Notes: generated by a model from the sequence alone, not told the origin. A stretch of DNA of 64,000 nt from an uncultured Candidatus Binatia bacterium (GCA_965242525.1 OZ251459.1:2944001-3008000), one strand, 5' to 3'; positions 10,047 to 19,661 are shown, counted from the first letter of the stretch. A program made the numbers and translations.

Positions 10047-11024
10047 GTGCTGGCGCGGGTAGCCGCGGACTTCTACTGGCTGGGCCGCCACGTGGAGCGC
10101 ATCGAGCACACCGCGGGGCTGCTCCGGTTCCAGCTCACCCGGCTGGTGGACCGGCCCGCGGACGAGTTGGCGGTGGGGTGGCAGGCCGTATACCAGGCGC
10201 TGGGACAGGCCCCGCCGGGGGTGGACACCAGCATCGGAGAGGCCGAGAACTTCCTCATCGCCGACGCCTACACCCTCGCCGGCAACCTCGTGGAGGAGAC
10301 CGCGAACCCGGACTCCCTGCTGTCGTGCTGGCAGCGCGGACGCGAGAACGCCCAGCGGGTGCGGGCGCAGCTCCCGCTGCCGGTATGGACCTGCCTCAAC
10401 CAGGGCTACCTCTGGCTCCGGGACAGCAACTTCGCCCTGACCTGGGCGCAGGGGCCGGCCGCGCTGGTGCGCGAGACCATCGACCGCTTGCGGATGCTGG
10501 CCGGCGTGGTGGACGACACCATGGCCCGGGACGACGCGTGGCGCTTCCTCGAACTCGGCCGGTTCATCGAACGGATACAGCACCAGGCCGGCCTCATCGG
10601 TTGCTGGATCGAGTTCAGCCGGGACGACCGGAGCGACGCCGCCCTTTCGTGGGCGGACCTGCTGCGCGTGTGCGGCGCGTACGAGACCTACTGCCGCCGC
10701 TACTCCACCCGGGTCGAGCGGGAAGAAGCCCTGGGCCTGCTCACCCGGCAACCCGAGATCCCCCGCTCACTGCGTTTCTCGGTCCAGCGCATTGACGAGA
10801 TGCTCGCCGGCATCGACCCTGTGGGCGCCCACCACCCCCTGGCCCCGCCCCACCGGATGGCGCTTCGCATCGCCGCGGCCATCGAGGTCGAGGCCACCCG
10901 GCTCTCCGGCGCCGCGGAATCGAGCGGGTTCTTCCAATCCATGGAGGAGCATGGTCGAACCCTCCACGACCTGGCCATGGCCTCCTACGTCGATCATTCC
11001 CTGGCGGAGGAGCTGCCTTCGTGA
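10047..11024 (+). CDS. Alpha-E domain protein
   Basis: LARVAADFYWLGRHVERIE, RENA..VR, FLELGRFIER, PRSLRF (duplicated ER motifs). Confidence 0.9.
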   Translation: MLARVAADFYWLGRHVERIEHTAGLLRFQLTRLVDRPADELAVGWQAVYQALGQAPPGVDTSIGEAENFLIADAYTLAGNLVEETANPDSLLSCWQRGRENAQRVRAQLPLPVWTCLNQGYLWLRDSNFALTWAQGPAALVRETIDRLRMLAGVVDDTMARDDAWRFLELGRFIERIQHQAGLIGCWIEFSRDDRSDAALSWADLLRVCGAYETYCRRYSTRVEREEALGLLTRQPEIPRSLRFSVQRIDEMLAGIDPVGAHHPLAPPHRMALRIAAAIEVEATRLSGAAESSGFFQSMEEHGRTLHDLAMASYVDHSLAEELPS

Positions 11025-11905
11025 TCGCAACCTACGCCATCGAGCACACCCTGCGGTTCGACTACGCCGCGCCGGTGCGGGCGTCGGTGATGACGCTGTA
11101 CCTGTGCCCGGTCCGCAACCGGGCCCAGACGGTCCGGGACTTCTCCGTCCAGACCGACCCGGACGGCCCGCTGTTCGAGTTCACCGACCCGTTCGGCAAT
11201 ACGGGCCACTTCCTGGACCGGCTCCGGGCCCACGAGCGCCTCGGCATTACCGCCCGTTCCACCGTGGAGGTGGGGCCGCTCGCGCCGGCCCCGGAGCGCC
11301 TGGACGCCGACGCCGCCGAGCGCCTCCGCCGGGCGGTGGACACGGTGGAACTCTGGCCCATGGCGCATCCCAGCAGCTTCGTGGGCTCCAACCCGGCCCT
11401 GGAGAAGTTCATGGCGAAGCACGACATCGCGCCGGGGGGCGACCTCCTCGCGAGCGCGAGGGAGCTCTGCGGGAAGCTCCATCGGGCGTTCGAGTACGTC
11501 CCGGGCCATACCTGCGTGGATTCGCCCATCGAGCAGATCCTCGAAACCGGCAGGGGGGTGTGCCAGGACTATGCCCACGTGATGGCTTCCATCCTGCGCG
11601 GCTGGGGCGTCCCGTGCCGTTACGTGTCGGGCTACCTCGGGCCTCCCGACCGGGGCGTGGCCAAGGGCGAGAGCCACGCGTGGGTGGAATGCTGGTTCCC
11701 GGGCCTCGGGTGGACGGGGTTCGACCCCACCAACGACACCGTAGGGGACGAGCGCCACATCCGGGTGGCGGTGGGCCGGGACTACGCGGACGTGCCGCCC
11801 AGCCGGGGCGTCTTCCGGGGCGCTTCGGACTCGGCCCTGGAGTCCGAGGTGGTCATCGAACGACTCCACGACGCGGACTCGCCCGGAGAAGACCCCTGGA
11901 ACTGA
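11021..11905 (+). CDS. Transglutaminase-family protein
   Basis: GVCQDYAH, RYVSGYL, SHAWVE, FDPTN, GRDYADVPP. Confidence 0.92.
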   Translation: MIATYAIEHTLRFDYAAPVRASVMTLYLCPVRNRAQTVRDFSVQTDPDGPLFEFTDPFGNTGHFLDRLRAHERLGITARSTVEVGPLAPAPERLDADAAERLRRAVDTVELWPMAHPSSFVGSNPALEKFMAKHDIAPGGDLLASARELCGKLHRAFEYVPGHTCVDSPIEQILETGRGVCQDYAHVMASILRGWGVPCRYVSGYLGPPDRGVAKGESHAWVECWFPGLGWTGFDPTNDTVGDERHIRVAVGRDYADVPPSRGVFRGASDSALESEVVIERLHDADSPGEDPWN

Positions 11906-11995
11906 ACGCCGGAAACCCCGGCTTGGTGAAGGACCCTGGAACTGAATAGCGGAAACCCCGGACGCCCCCCGTTCGTCCCGGGCAAAGCAAAGTTT

Positions 11996-12061
11996 CCCGT
12001 TCGTTCCGAGCGAAGCGAAATTTTCCGTTCGTCCTGAGCGTAGCGAAGTCGAAGGACGCGC
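11996..12061 (+). repeat. Repeat family A (partial plus full copy)
   Basis: CCGTTCGTTCCGAGCGAAGCGAA and CCGTTCGTCCTGAGCGTAGCGAAGTCGAAGGACGCG. Confidence 0.8.
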
Positions 12062-12110
12062 TTTCGCGCAGAGGGAACGAACTAAAAACAGGAATCAACA
12101 GGAGGCAGAC

Positions 12111-13529
12111 ATGAGCAACGACCCACATGGACCACGTGACCGCGGCCGCGGCGAGAGGCTTCGCCGCACGGCGACCGCGGCCGGACTGCTCGCCGCGTCA
12201 GGCGTGCTCCTGTCCGCGACCGCCGCGGACGCAGCCGTCATCGACAAGGAGACCCAGTTCACGCTGAACACCTTTGCCTTCCTCGTCTGGGGCGCCCTCG
12301 TGATGTGGATGTGCGCGGGCTTCACCATGCTGGAGTCGGGCTCGGTGCGCACCAAGAACGTGTCCATGATCTGCCTCAAGAACTTCGGCCTCTACTCCAT
12401 CGCGGGGCTGATGTACTACATCATCGGCTACAACCTCATGTACGTGGACGTGGGGAACGTGATCGGCTCCTTCATCCCGTTCTACGGTCCTTCGGCCGAC
12501 GAGATCGCCCTGTTGGGCGACAACGAGGAGGCCCTCGCCGCGGTCCTGAAGACCGACTACGCCGTCATGTCGGACTGGTTCTTCCAGATGGTCTTCGTGG
12601 CCACCACCGCGTCCATCGTCTCCGGCGCCCTGGCGGAGCGGGTGAACCTGTGGTCCTTCTTCATCTTCATCGCCCTCTTGACCGCCATCGTCTATCCCAT
12701 CGTCGGCGCCTGGACCTGGGGCGGGGGCTGGCTCGGCTCCATGGGCTTCAAGGACTTCGCCGGATCCACCATCGTGCACTCCACCGGCGGCTGGGCCGCC
12801 CTGGCGGGCGCCCTCGTGGTGGGGCCGAGAAGGGGCAAGTTCCGGGCCGACGGCAGCGTCAAGATCACGCCGCCCTCGAACATCCCCATCGTGACGTTGG
12901 GCGTCTTCATCCTGTGGCTCGGCTGGTTCGGCTTCAACGGCGGCTCGCAGCTCGCCCTGGGCGGCGCCAAGGACGCAGTGGCCATCAGCCACCTGCTGGT
13001 GAACACCAACCTTGCCGGGGCCGCAGGGTTCCTCGTGGCCCTCATCATCGCGCGGCCCATCCTCGGGCGCATCGACCTGCTGGCCGGCCTCAACGGCGCC
13101 ATCGCGGGGCTCGTGGCCATCACCGCAGGACCGGACTTCGTGGCCCACTACTGGTCGATCATCATCGGCGCCATCGGCGGCGCGGTGTGCGTCGCCGGCC
13201 TGAAGTTGCTGGAGACCGTCAAGCTGGACGACGTGGTGGGCGCCATCCCGGCCCACCTGTTCGCCGGCGTCTGGGGCACCTTGGCCACCTGCATCGTCGC
13301 CGGGGGCAACTTCGGCGTGCAGCTCCTCGGGATCGTGGCGGTGGGCGTGTTCGTGTTCGCGGTCTCCTGGCTGCTGTGGCAAGCCATCGACCGGACCCTG
13401 GGAGCCCGGGTCTCGCAAGCGGTCGAGGAGCTCGGCCAGGACGCGGGAGAGCTCGGCATCGAGGCATATCCCGAGTTCGTGGTCATGCCCGACCCGGACG
13501 ACGCAGCCGAGGTCCGCAGCAAGAACTGA
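12111..13529 (+). CDS. amtB: Ammonium transporter
   Basis: FFQMVF, SGALAER, DFAGSTIVH, WLGWFGFNGGS, DDVVGAIPAH. Confidence 0.95.
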   Translation: MSNDPHGPRDRGRGERLRRTATAAGLLAASGVLLSATAADAAVIDKETQFTLNTFAFLVWGALVMWMCAGFTMLESGSVRTKNVSMICLKNFGLYSIAGLMYYIIGYNLMYVDVGNVIGSFIPFYGPSADEIALLGDNEEALAAVLKTDYAVMSDWFFQMVFVATTASIVSGALAERVNLWSFFIFIALLTAIVYPIVGAWTWGGGWLGSMGFKDFAGSTIVHSTGGWAALAGALVVGPRRGKFRADGSVKITPPSNIPIVTLGVFILWLGWFGFNGGSQLALGGAKDAVAISHLLVNTNLAGAAGFLVALIIARPILGRIDLLAGLNGAIAGLVAITAGPDFVAHYWSIIIGAIGGAVCVAGLKLLETVKLDDVVGAIPAHLFAGVWGTLATCIVAGGNFGVQLLGIVAVGVFVFAVSWLLWQAIDRTLGARVSQAVEELGQDAGELGIEAYPEFVVMPDPDDAAEVRSKN

Positions 13530-13546
13530 CCCCGCATCCCCTGCAC

Positions 13547-13580
13547 GGGCGGCGCGCCGGGAAGGACCGGCGCGCCGCCC
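13547..13580 (+). terminator. GC-rich hairpin after amtB
   Basis: GGGCGGCGCGCCGG-GAAGGA-CCGGCGCGCCGCCC; no U-tract. Confidence 0.5.
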
Positions 13581-13640
13581 GTGTCACGCTCCGGCCCGCA
13601 CCGCGGCATTCGGCCCGGTTCCCTCTTCCTGCGGGAAAAC

Positions 13641-13680
13641 GCGTCCTTCGACTTCGCTTCGCTACGCTCAGGACGAACGG
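13641..13680 (-). repeat. Repeat family A
   Basis: GCGTCCTTCGACTTCGCTTCGCTACGCTCAGGACGAACGG. Confidence 0.85.
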
Positions 13681-13739
13681 GGGCGGTTGCTCGCCTTTCC
13701 ATCCAGTTTGATGGTTGTTCCGCCCTTCGCCAGTAAGGT

Positions 13740-13880
13740 AGGGACCATCTGAACAATCGAGACATCCAGGAGGAATTCCCGATTCCCTCACCCTGACCCC
13801 TGTCTCCGTTCGTCCTGAGCGTAGCGAAGCGAAGTCGAAGGACGCGCTCATGCTCCCTGTCCCGATTGTTCAGAGGTTCC
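13740..13880 (+). mobile_element. MITE-like composite element
   Basis: GGGACCATCTGAACAATCGAGACA...TGTCCCGATTGTTCAGAGGTTCC; homologous to 961-1097. Confidence 0.8.
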
Positions 13881-13939
13881 GTATAAGGCGAAGGGAGAGC
13901 GAAAAGGATCACGCGGTCATTGCTCCACAGACGCCTGCC

Positions 13940-14295
13940 CCGTCATTCCCGCAGACGCCTCACCCTTCGTCATTCCCGCGAAAGCCCACACCCCGTCATT
14001 CCCGCGAAAGCGGGAATCCATCCGGTTTCCTCGCCTCGTTGTACAAACCTCATTTCCTGACTGCCTTTCCTCTCTGGATAGTGCTTTCCATGGGTTCAGG
14101 GACCTCGTATCCAACCGGTGCATAGTGATGCGTGGCGCGATGGGGTTGGGTCGGAAGGATGGAAACACGGAGAGTTTTCACAAGAATGGATGGATTCCCG
14201 CTTTCGCGGGAATGACGGGGTATGGGCATCTGCGGGAATGACGGGGTATGGGCATCTGCGGGAATGACGGGTGTGGGCATCTGCGGGAATGACGG
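13940..14295. mobile_element. Inverted clusters of repeat family B enclosing a decayed GIY-YIG-like remnant
   Basis: Tandem CGTCATTCCCGC units at 13940-14020, inverted GCGGGAATGACG ~26-bp units at 14190-14295; interior translates on minus strand to GIY-YIG-like fragments. Confidence 0.7.
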
Positions 14296-14469
14296 AGGGA
14301 ACCTCTGGACAATCGAGACATCCGGGATGGATTCCCAATTCCTTCATCCTGACCCCTATCCCCGTTCGTCCTGAGCGTAGCGAAGCGGAGTCCTCCATTC
14401 ATCCTGAGCGTAGCGAAGCGAAGTCGAAGGACGCGCTCATGCCCCCCGTCCCGATTGTTCAGAGGTTCC
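14296..14469 (+). mobile_element. MITE-like composite element with internal duplication of repeat A
   Basis: AGGGAACCTCTGGACAATCGAGACA...CCCGATTGTTCAGAGGTTCC. Confidence 0.8.
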
Positions 14470-14606
14470 GGAGGGTGGGCTTTCGCAGGGATGACGGAAG
14501 GTGGGGCGTCTGCGACGCCAAACCGAGGACGGCAGGGTCGAAATGGGAGTGGGTCGGAGTTCTCCGCTATACTCGGCCGGGGCGCGGCGCGGGGGCGCCG
14601 CTTCGA

Positions 14607-16760
14607 TCAGGCGTGCTGTTCGCCGGACTGGGACGGTTCGCCGGGGATGGTCAGCCAGAACTCGGTGAACGAGCCGGGTTCGCTCTCGACGCCCATGGCG
14701 CCGCCGTGCTGGGCCAGGATGTCCTGGGACAGGGACAGGCCGAGTCCGGTGCCTTCTCCCGTGGCCTTGGTGGTGACGAAAGGCTCGAAGATCTTCTCGA
14801 CCATGTCCTGGGGAATGCCGGGGCCGTTGTCCCTGATGCGGAACTCCGCGTTCTCCCCCTCTCGCCGGCTCGACAACCGGATGGTGGGCTCGTAGCCGTC
14901 CGCGGGCTTCTCGAAGTCGCCGGTGGTCTTCTTGAGCCGTTCGAACGTGGCTTGGCAGGCGTTGGTGATCAGGTTGAGGAAGACGCGGCTGATGTCCTGG
15001 GGCACCACCTCGACTTCGCCGATGCCGCTGTCGAGGTCCTCTTCCCAGGTCACGTTGAAGAGCTGGTTCTTGGCGCGCATGGAGTGGTAGGCCAGGTCGG
15101 CGTACTGCTTGAGCAGCGCGTTCAGGTCCACCGCGCGCCGCTCGCCGGACTGGCCGCGGGAGTGCTCCAGCATGCTGTGCACGATGCCGTCGGCGCGCTT
15201 GCCGTGCTGCTGGATCTTCTGGAGGTTGCCGTTCAGGTCGTCGAGGATGCTGCCGATCTCCTCCCGCGCGTCGTCGGGGAGGCCCTCGGTGATCTCGTCC
15301 AGCACTTCGCGCACTTCCTCGATCAACTCGCCCGACACCTCGGAGAAGTTGTTGACGAAGTTGAGGGGGTTCTTGATCTCGTGGGCGATGCCCGCGGCCA
15401 ACTGCCCCAGGGAGGCGAGCTTCTCCTGCATGACCACCTGGTTCTGGGCCGTCTTCAGGTCCTCGAGGGTCTGCTCCAGCTCCTCGTTCTTGTCCTTCAA
15501 CTCGTCCGCGAGCTTCTCCACCAGGTTGAGGCGCTGGACTTCGAGGGCGTGGCGCCGGAACACTTCCAGCGCTTCCGCCATGTCGGTCACCTCGTCGTTG
15601 CCCCGGACCTCCACCGGCACCTCCAGGTTGCCTTCGGCCATGGAACGCATGGAGCCGGCCAGGCCCGTCAGACGCCGGATCAGGTAGCGTCCGATGAAGA
15701 TCCAGCCGAGGGCGACCGCGCCGATGATGTTGAAGATGTTGAGGACCACCAGCAGCAACATGCCGGTGTTCACCGCGGACGTGGAGGCGGTACTGGCTTC
15801 GGACGCGGACTCGTCCGTCACCATCACCACCCGGTCCATGGTCGCCAGCAGCCGGGCCGCGTTGGCCCGGTTCTCCGCGATGTACTGCGCTTCCAGGTCC
15901 GCTTCCCGGAGGATCGCTTCCTGCAGGTCGAAGATGCCGTCGGCGCCCTGCCCCAACGACTTGAGCTGCTCGACCTGGGCGGACAGCAGCCAGGACTGGA
16001 ACGAACGCTCGAAGGATCCCACCGCGGCGTCGTAGCGCTCCCGGAGCGGCTGGATCAGGGCCCGGTCGTTCACCACCGCGGTTTCCGCGAGCAACCGGCC
16101 GGCGAGGCTGGCCTGGGTGTGCAAGGTCAACAGGTCGCGGTAACGCAGCAACTGGTTGTAGGCCGTCCGCTCTTCGACGGGAGCGGGCTCATCGCCGATG
16201 TCCCGGAGCCCCGTGGCGAGGAAGAACGCCTGGTCGTCGATGGCAGGGACCAGTATCTGGTCGATCTGCCGGGTCACCACCGGGATCTCGTCCTCGCGAG
16301 CCTCCAGGCGGCGCTCCTTCTCGCGCCGCAGCGAGGCCGCCGACTCGATCTTCTCCAGCGTCGAGGTCAGCGCGTCGGAGAGCGAACGGAGCACGCCGGC
16401 CTGGGCTTCCAGGGAGGCGTTCTGCCGGAGTTCGTCGATGAGCTCGTAGAGGAGGTCCTTGTCCCGCGCGATGGCCGTCTTGACCTGGGCCAGGTCCTCT
16501 GCGGACACCGCGGAGACCAGCCGGGGAGCGGCGTTGACCAGGGCCGAACTCTGCTGGGCGGCCCGGATGGCCGCGGTCAGGCTCGGCACGCTGTCCTCGA
16601 TGATGCGGCGCTGCGAATCGCTCACCGCGCGGAAGGACAGCAACGCCACCGTGCTGGCCGCGAGCATCAGCAGGACTCCCGCACCGAAACCGGCGTAGAT
16701 CTTGAGACCGAGGCCGACCCTACGGCCGGTGGGCCGCTTCGGGGAATCCGGGTCCGCCAT
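14607..16760 (-). CDS. Membrane sensor histidine kinase (TorS-like helical periplasmic domain, HAMP, HisKA, HATPase)
   Basis: Two TM segments; GNDEVTDMAEAL; AGIAHEIKNPLNF; NLITNA; DNGPGI; PFVTTK; GTGLGL. Confidence 0.9.
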   Translation of the reverse strand: MADPDSPKRPTGRRVGLGLKIYAGFGAGVLLMLAASTVALLSFRAVSDSQRRIIEDSVPSLTAAIRAAQQSSALVNAAPRLVSAVSAEDLAQVKTAIARDKDLLYELIDELRQNASLEAQAGVLRSLSDALTSTLEKIESAASLRREKERRLEAREDEIPVVTRQIDQILVPAIDDQAFFLATGLRDIGDEPAPVEERTAYNQLLRYRDLLTLHTQASLAGRLLAETAVVNDRALIQPLRERYDAAVGSFERSFQSWLLSAQVEQLKSLGQGADGIFDLQEAILREADLEAQYIAENRANAARLLATMDRVVMVTDESASEASTASTSAVNTGMLLLVVLNIFNIIGAVALGWIFIGRYLIRRLTGLAGSMRSMAEGNLEVPVEVRGNDEVTDMAEALEVFRRHALEVQRLNLVEKLADELKDKNEELEQTLEDLKTAQNQVVMQEKLASLGQLAAGIAHEIKNPLNFVNNFSEVSGELIEEVREVLDEITEGLPDDAREEIGSILDDLNGNLQKIQQHGKRADGIVHSMLEHSRGQSGERRAVDLNALLKQYADLAYHSMRAKNQLFNVTWEEDLDSGIGEVEVVPQDISRVFLNLITNACQATFERLKKTTGDFEKPADGYEPTIRLSSRREGENAEFRIRDNGPGIPQDMVEKIFEPFVTTKATGEGTGLGLSLSQDILAQHGGAMGVESEPGSFTEFWLTIPGEPSQSGEQHA

Positions 16761-16762
16761 GC

Positions 16763-17989
16763 TCAAGGCCGCTCCAGGCGCCGGAGGGAACGAAACTCCC
16801 CGGAGTCGCCGATCATGGTCAGGTAGACCTGGTCGGAACCCTGGTTGTCGGATTCCCCGTAGCTCAACTCGAACCCGCCGAGGTCGATGGCCCCGGCTTT
16901 CTGGAGGGATGAGATGAACCCCCGGCGGGTCAGGTCGGCCCCCGTCCGGCGCAGCGCCTCGATGGCCACGCGGCCCGCCAGGTAACCCTCCAGGGAAACG
17001 AAACCCGCGGCCGCCTTCGGATCGACGGCGCGAAGCGCCTCATGGTATTCGGTCACGATGGGGATCCGGGCGTCGTGTGGGAACGGCACTACCTGGGTGA
17101 CGACGACGCCCTTGCCATCGGGTCCGAGGGCCTTGGCCAGAGCGGAGCTGCCGACGAACGAGATGTTGACGAAGACGGGGTTGAAGTCGAGGAAGCGGCA
17201 CCACTTGATGAAGGTCGCGACGGGCTGGTAGGCGCCCACGATGATGATCGCCTCGGGGAGGCCGACCCTCATGTCCAGCACCGCGGTCTTCACCGCCTCG
17301 GTGTTGCGCGGGTACGTGGCCTCGACCGCCAGCCTCATGCCGCGCCGGTCGAGGGCCTGGCGCGTGCCCGCCAGCCCCGCCCGGCCGTACGAGTCGTCCT
17401 GGTAGAGGATGCCGATGCGCTCCATTCCCAGGTCCTGGGTGAGGCGCTCCACCATCTCTTCGGTCTCCTGGTAGTAGGAAGCGCGCACGTTGACCACGGT
17501 AGGACGCTTCTCCACGTCGCGCAGGAACTCCGCGCCGGTGAAGGGTCCGAGGTAGGGGACGCCCGCCTTCGTGGCGATGGGCTCCGCGGCTTTCGACGTG
17601 GGCGTGCCCACCGCGCCGATGAGGGCGAAGACCCGGTCCTCCTCGATGAGGCGCTTGGTGTTGGCGATGGCCGCCTCGGGTTCGTAGCGGTCGTCGAGGC
17701 TCGTCAGGTCCAACCGGCGGCCGTGCACCCCGCCCGCGCGGTTCGCCTCGTCGAAGGCCGCTTGGATGCCCAGGCGCATCCCTTCGCCGAGGGCCTTCGC
17801 AGGCCCGTCCAGGGCGCAGGACTGGCCGAACTGCACCGCCTCCGGGCTGACCCCCGGGGTTCCGGCGCCGTCCGGCGGCGTCTGCGCCGCGGCCTCCGAC
17901 CCCAGGCAGGCGGCCGCCAGCAGCAGGGCGGCGAGCAGCTCGATGGCTCTCAACTCGAGGAACCTCCGAACGATCGGGACAGGGGGCAT
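16763..17989 (-). CDS. LivK-like (type 1) periplasmic binding protein
   Basis: FGQSCALDGPA..LG, GGVHGRRL, DDRYEP, VGTPT, RASY..E, SLEGYLAG; signal peptide; start ATG lies inside a MITE. Confidence 0.88.
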   Translation of the reverse strand: MPPVPIVRRFLELRAIELLAALLLAAACLGSEAAAQTPPDGAGTPGVSPEAVQFGQSCALDGPAKALGEGMRLGIQAAFDEANRAGGVHGRRLDLTSLDDRYEPEAAIANTKRLIEEDRVFALIGAVGTPTSKAAEPIATKAGVPYLGPFTGAEFLRDVEKRPTVVNVRASYYQETEEMVERLTQDLGMERIGILYQDDSYGRAGLAGTRQALDRRGMRLAVEATYPRNTEAVKTAVLDMRVGLPEAIIIVGAYQPVATFIKWCRFLDFNPVFVNISFVGSSALAKALGPDGKGVVVTQVVPFPHDARIPIVTEYHEALRAVDPKAAAGFVSLEGYLAGRVAIEALRRTGADLTRRGFISSLQKAGAIDLGGFELSYGESDNQGSDQVYLTMIGDSGEFRSLRRLERP

Positions 17990-18093
17990 GGGCGCGTCCT
18001 TCGACTCCGCTACGCTACGCCCAGGACGAACGGGGACAGGAGTGTCAGGGTGGGGGAATCCATCCTGGATGTCTCGATCGTTCAGAGGTTCCT
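17958..18093 (-). mobile_element. MITE-like composite element
   Basis: AGGAACCTCCGAACGATCGGGACA...TGTCTCGATCGTTCAGAGGTTCCT. Confidence 0.8.
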
Positions 18094-18112
18094 CAAGACT
18101 CCGGACGGGCTC

Positions 18113-19306
18113 CTAGCCGCCGTGGTAGCGCAGCACTACGCAGGTGATGTCGTCCGACTGGGGGTTGTCACCGGCGAACGCCCGCACCTGATCGAGGACC
18201 CGCGTGGAGACATCCTCGCACCCGGCGCCGTCGATCCCGGCGAGCAACTCGTCGAGCCGCTCCTCGCCGAACTCGGCCGCGCCCGGCCCCTCGGCTTCGT
18301 TGACTCCGTCGGTGTACAGGAACAGCGTGTCGCCGCCCTGGAGCTGGATCGATCCCTGTTGGTACTCATGCCGGGGAACCACCCCCAACGCCACGTTGCG
18401 CGTGGTGGGCAAAGCCTCCACCTGTCCGTCGCCGCGCACGGCCCGGGGCAGGTTGTGGCCTCCGTTGGAGTACTCGAAGACGCCGCTTTCCGGGTCGAAG
18501 ACGCCGTAGAAGAGGGTCACGAACATGCACGTCTCGTTGTCCTCGCAGAGGGTCTCGTTGACGTAGTTCAGGCACTGGTTGGGCGCCCCCCCCTCCATGG
18601 CGTAGCTCCTGAGCAGGGTGCGGCAGGCCATCATGAACAGGGCCGCGGGAACGCCCTTCCCCGATACGTCGCCGATGGCCACGCCGATCCTGCCCTGGCC
18701 CAGGGGGAAGAAGTCGTAGAAGTCGCCCCCCACTTCCTTGGCCGGAACCATGAGGCCGTGGGTGTTATAGCGGTCGCTGGAAGGGAAGGTCCGGGGCAGC
18801 ACCGACGCCTGCATCTCCCGGGCCACCTCCAGCTCGCGGCCCAGGGCCACCAGTTGATCCCGGTTGGCCAGGGCTTCGCGTATCAACTCCAGGTGCTTCA
18901 GGGTCTTGTCGATGGTGATTTCGAGGTCGTTGAAGTCGATGGGCTTGGTGACGAAATCGAACGCCCCGCGGTTCATCGCGGTGCGGATGTTGTTCATGTC
19001 GCCGTACGCCGACACGATCACGGAGCGGATGTTCGGCTTGCTCTCGTTGAGCTGCTTGAGCAGCGTGAGGCCATCCATGACCGGCATGTTGATGTCCGAG
19101 ATGACCATGGAGATCTCGTCGTCCTCGTCCAGCTTCTCCATGGCCTCCTGGCCGTTGTGGGCGAAACTGAAGGAGATCTCCTGCTTGCGGATACGGCGGC
19201 GGAACTTCTGCAACACCAGGGCCTCGAGGTCCTCCTCGTCATCTACCACCAGTATCTTGACAGGCAAGTCGCTCAACCGAATGTCCTCGACAGAGATGGG
19301 TTCCAT
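18113..19306 (-). CDS. Receiver domain plus SpoIIE/PP2C phosphatase (RsbU-like)
   Basis: ILVVDDE, SDINMPVMDG, FVTKP; VGGDFYD, GDVSGKG, LYTDGVNE, DDIT. Confidence 0.93.
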   Translation of the reverse strand: MEPISVEDIRLSDLPVKILVVDDEEDLEALVLQKFRRRIRKQEISFSFAHNGQEAMEKLDEDDEISMVISDINMPVMDGLTLLKQLNESKPNIRSVIVSAYGDMNNIRTAMNRGAFDFVTKPIDFNDLEITIDKTLKHLELIREALANRDQLVALGRELEVAREMQASVLPRTFPSSDRYNTHGLMVPAKEVGGDFYDFFPLGQGRIGVAIGDVSGKGVPAALFMMACRTLLRSYAMEGGAPNQCLNYVNETLCEDNETCMFVTLFYGVFDPESGVFEYSNGGHNLPRAVRGDGQVEALPTTRNVALGVVPRHEYQQGSIQLQGGDTLFLYTDGVNEAEGPGAAEFGEERLDELLAGIDGAGCEDVSTRVLDQVRAFAGDNPQSDDITCVVLRYHGG

Positions 19307-19307
19307 G

Positions 19308-19658
19308 TCAACTTGCGTTGACAGCCTCCTGGCGGGTGGCGTGGATGGCCAGGATCTCGTTGAAGCCGCTGATCTTGAACACCTCGGAGATGTGGTCGCG
19401 CATGGCGCAGAGCACGATCTTCCTGCCGCCGGCCTGGAGCTGCTTGGCCGCCAGGAGCAGCACCCGGAGCCCCGCGCTGCTGATGTACTCGATGTTCTCG
19501 AAGTCCACCACGAGGGAGCCGGTGCCCTCGTCGATCAATTTGAGCAGCGCCTCCTGGAACGGGCTTGCAGTGCTGCCGTCGATGCGGCCGGCGGGGATCA
19601 CCACGATGGCGTCGCCGCTCGTTTCCGTATTGAGGTCCAAGGCGGTACCGTTTGCCAT
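19308..19658 (-). CDS. STAS anti-sigma-factor antagonist (RsbV-like)
   Basis: GRIDGSTA, VDFENIEYISSAGLRVLL, EVFKISGF. Confidence 0.92.
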   Translation of the reverse strand: MANGTALDLNTETSGDAIVVIPAGRIDGSTASPFQEALLKLIDEGTGSLVVDFENIEYISSAGLRVLLLAAKQLQAGGRKIVLCAMRDHISEVFKISGFNEILAIHATRQEAVNAS

Positions 19659-19661
19659 CAC

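Noticed and set aside
14206-14295. ~26-bp tandem units resembling a CRISPR array
   Set aside because: Units are contiguous with no unique spacers, no cas genes are present, and they are half-units of repeat family B
13483-14402. Short ORFs containing RLRFATLRTNG, VIPAKAGIH or RHSRESGNP
   Set aside because: Translations of the palindromic repeats, not genes
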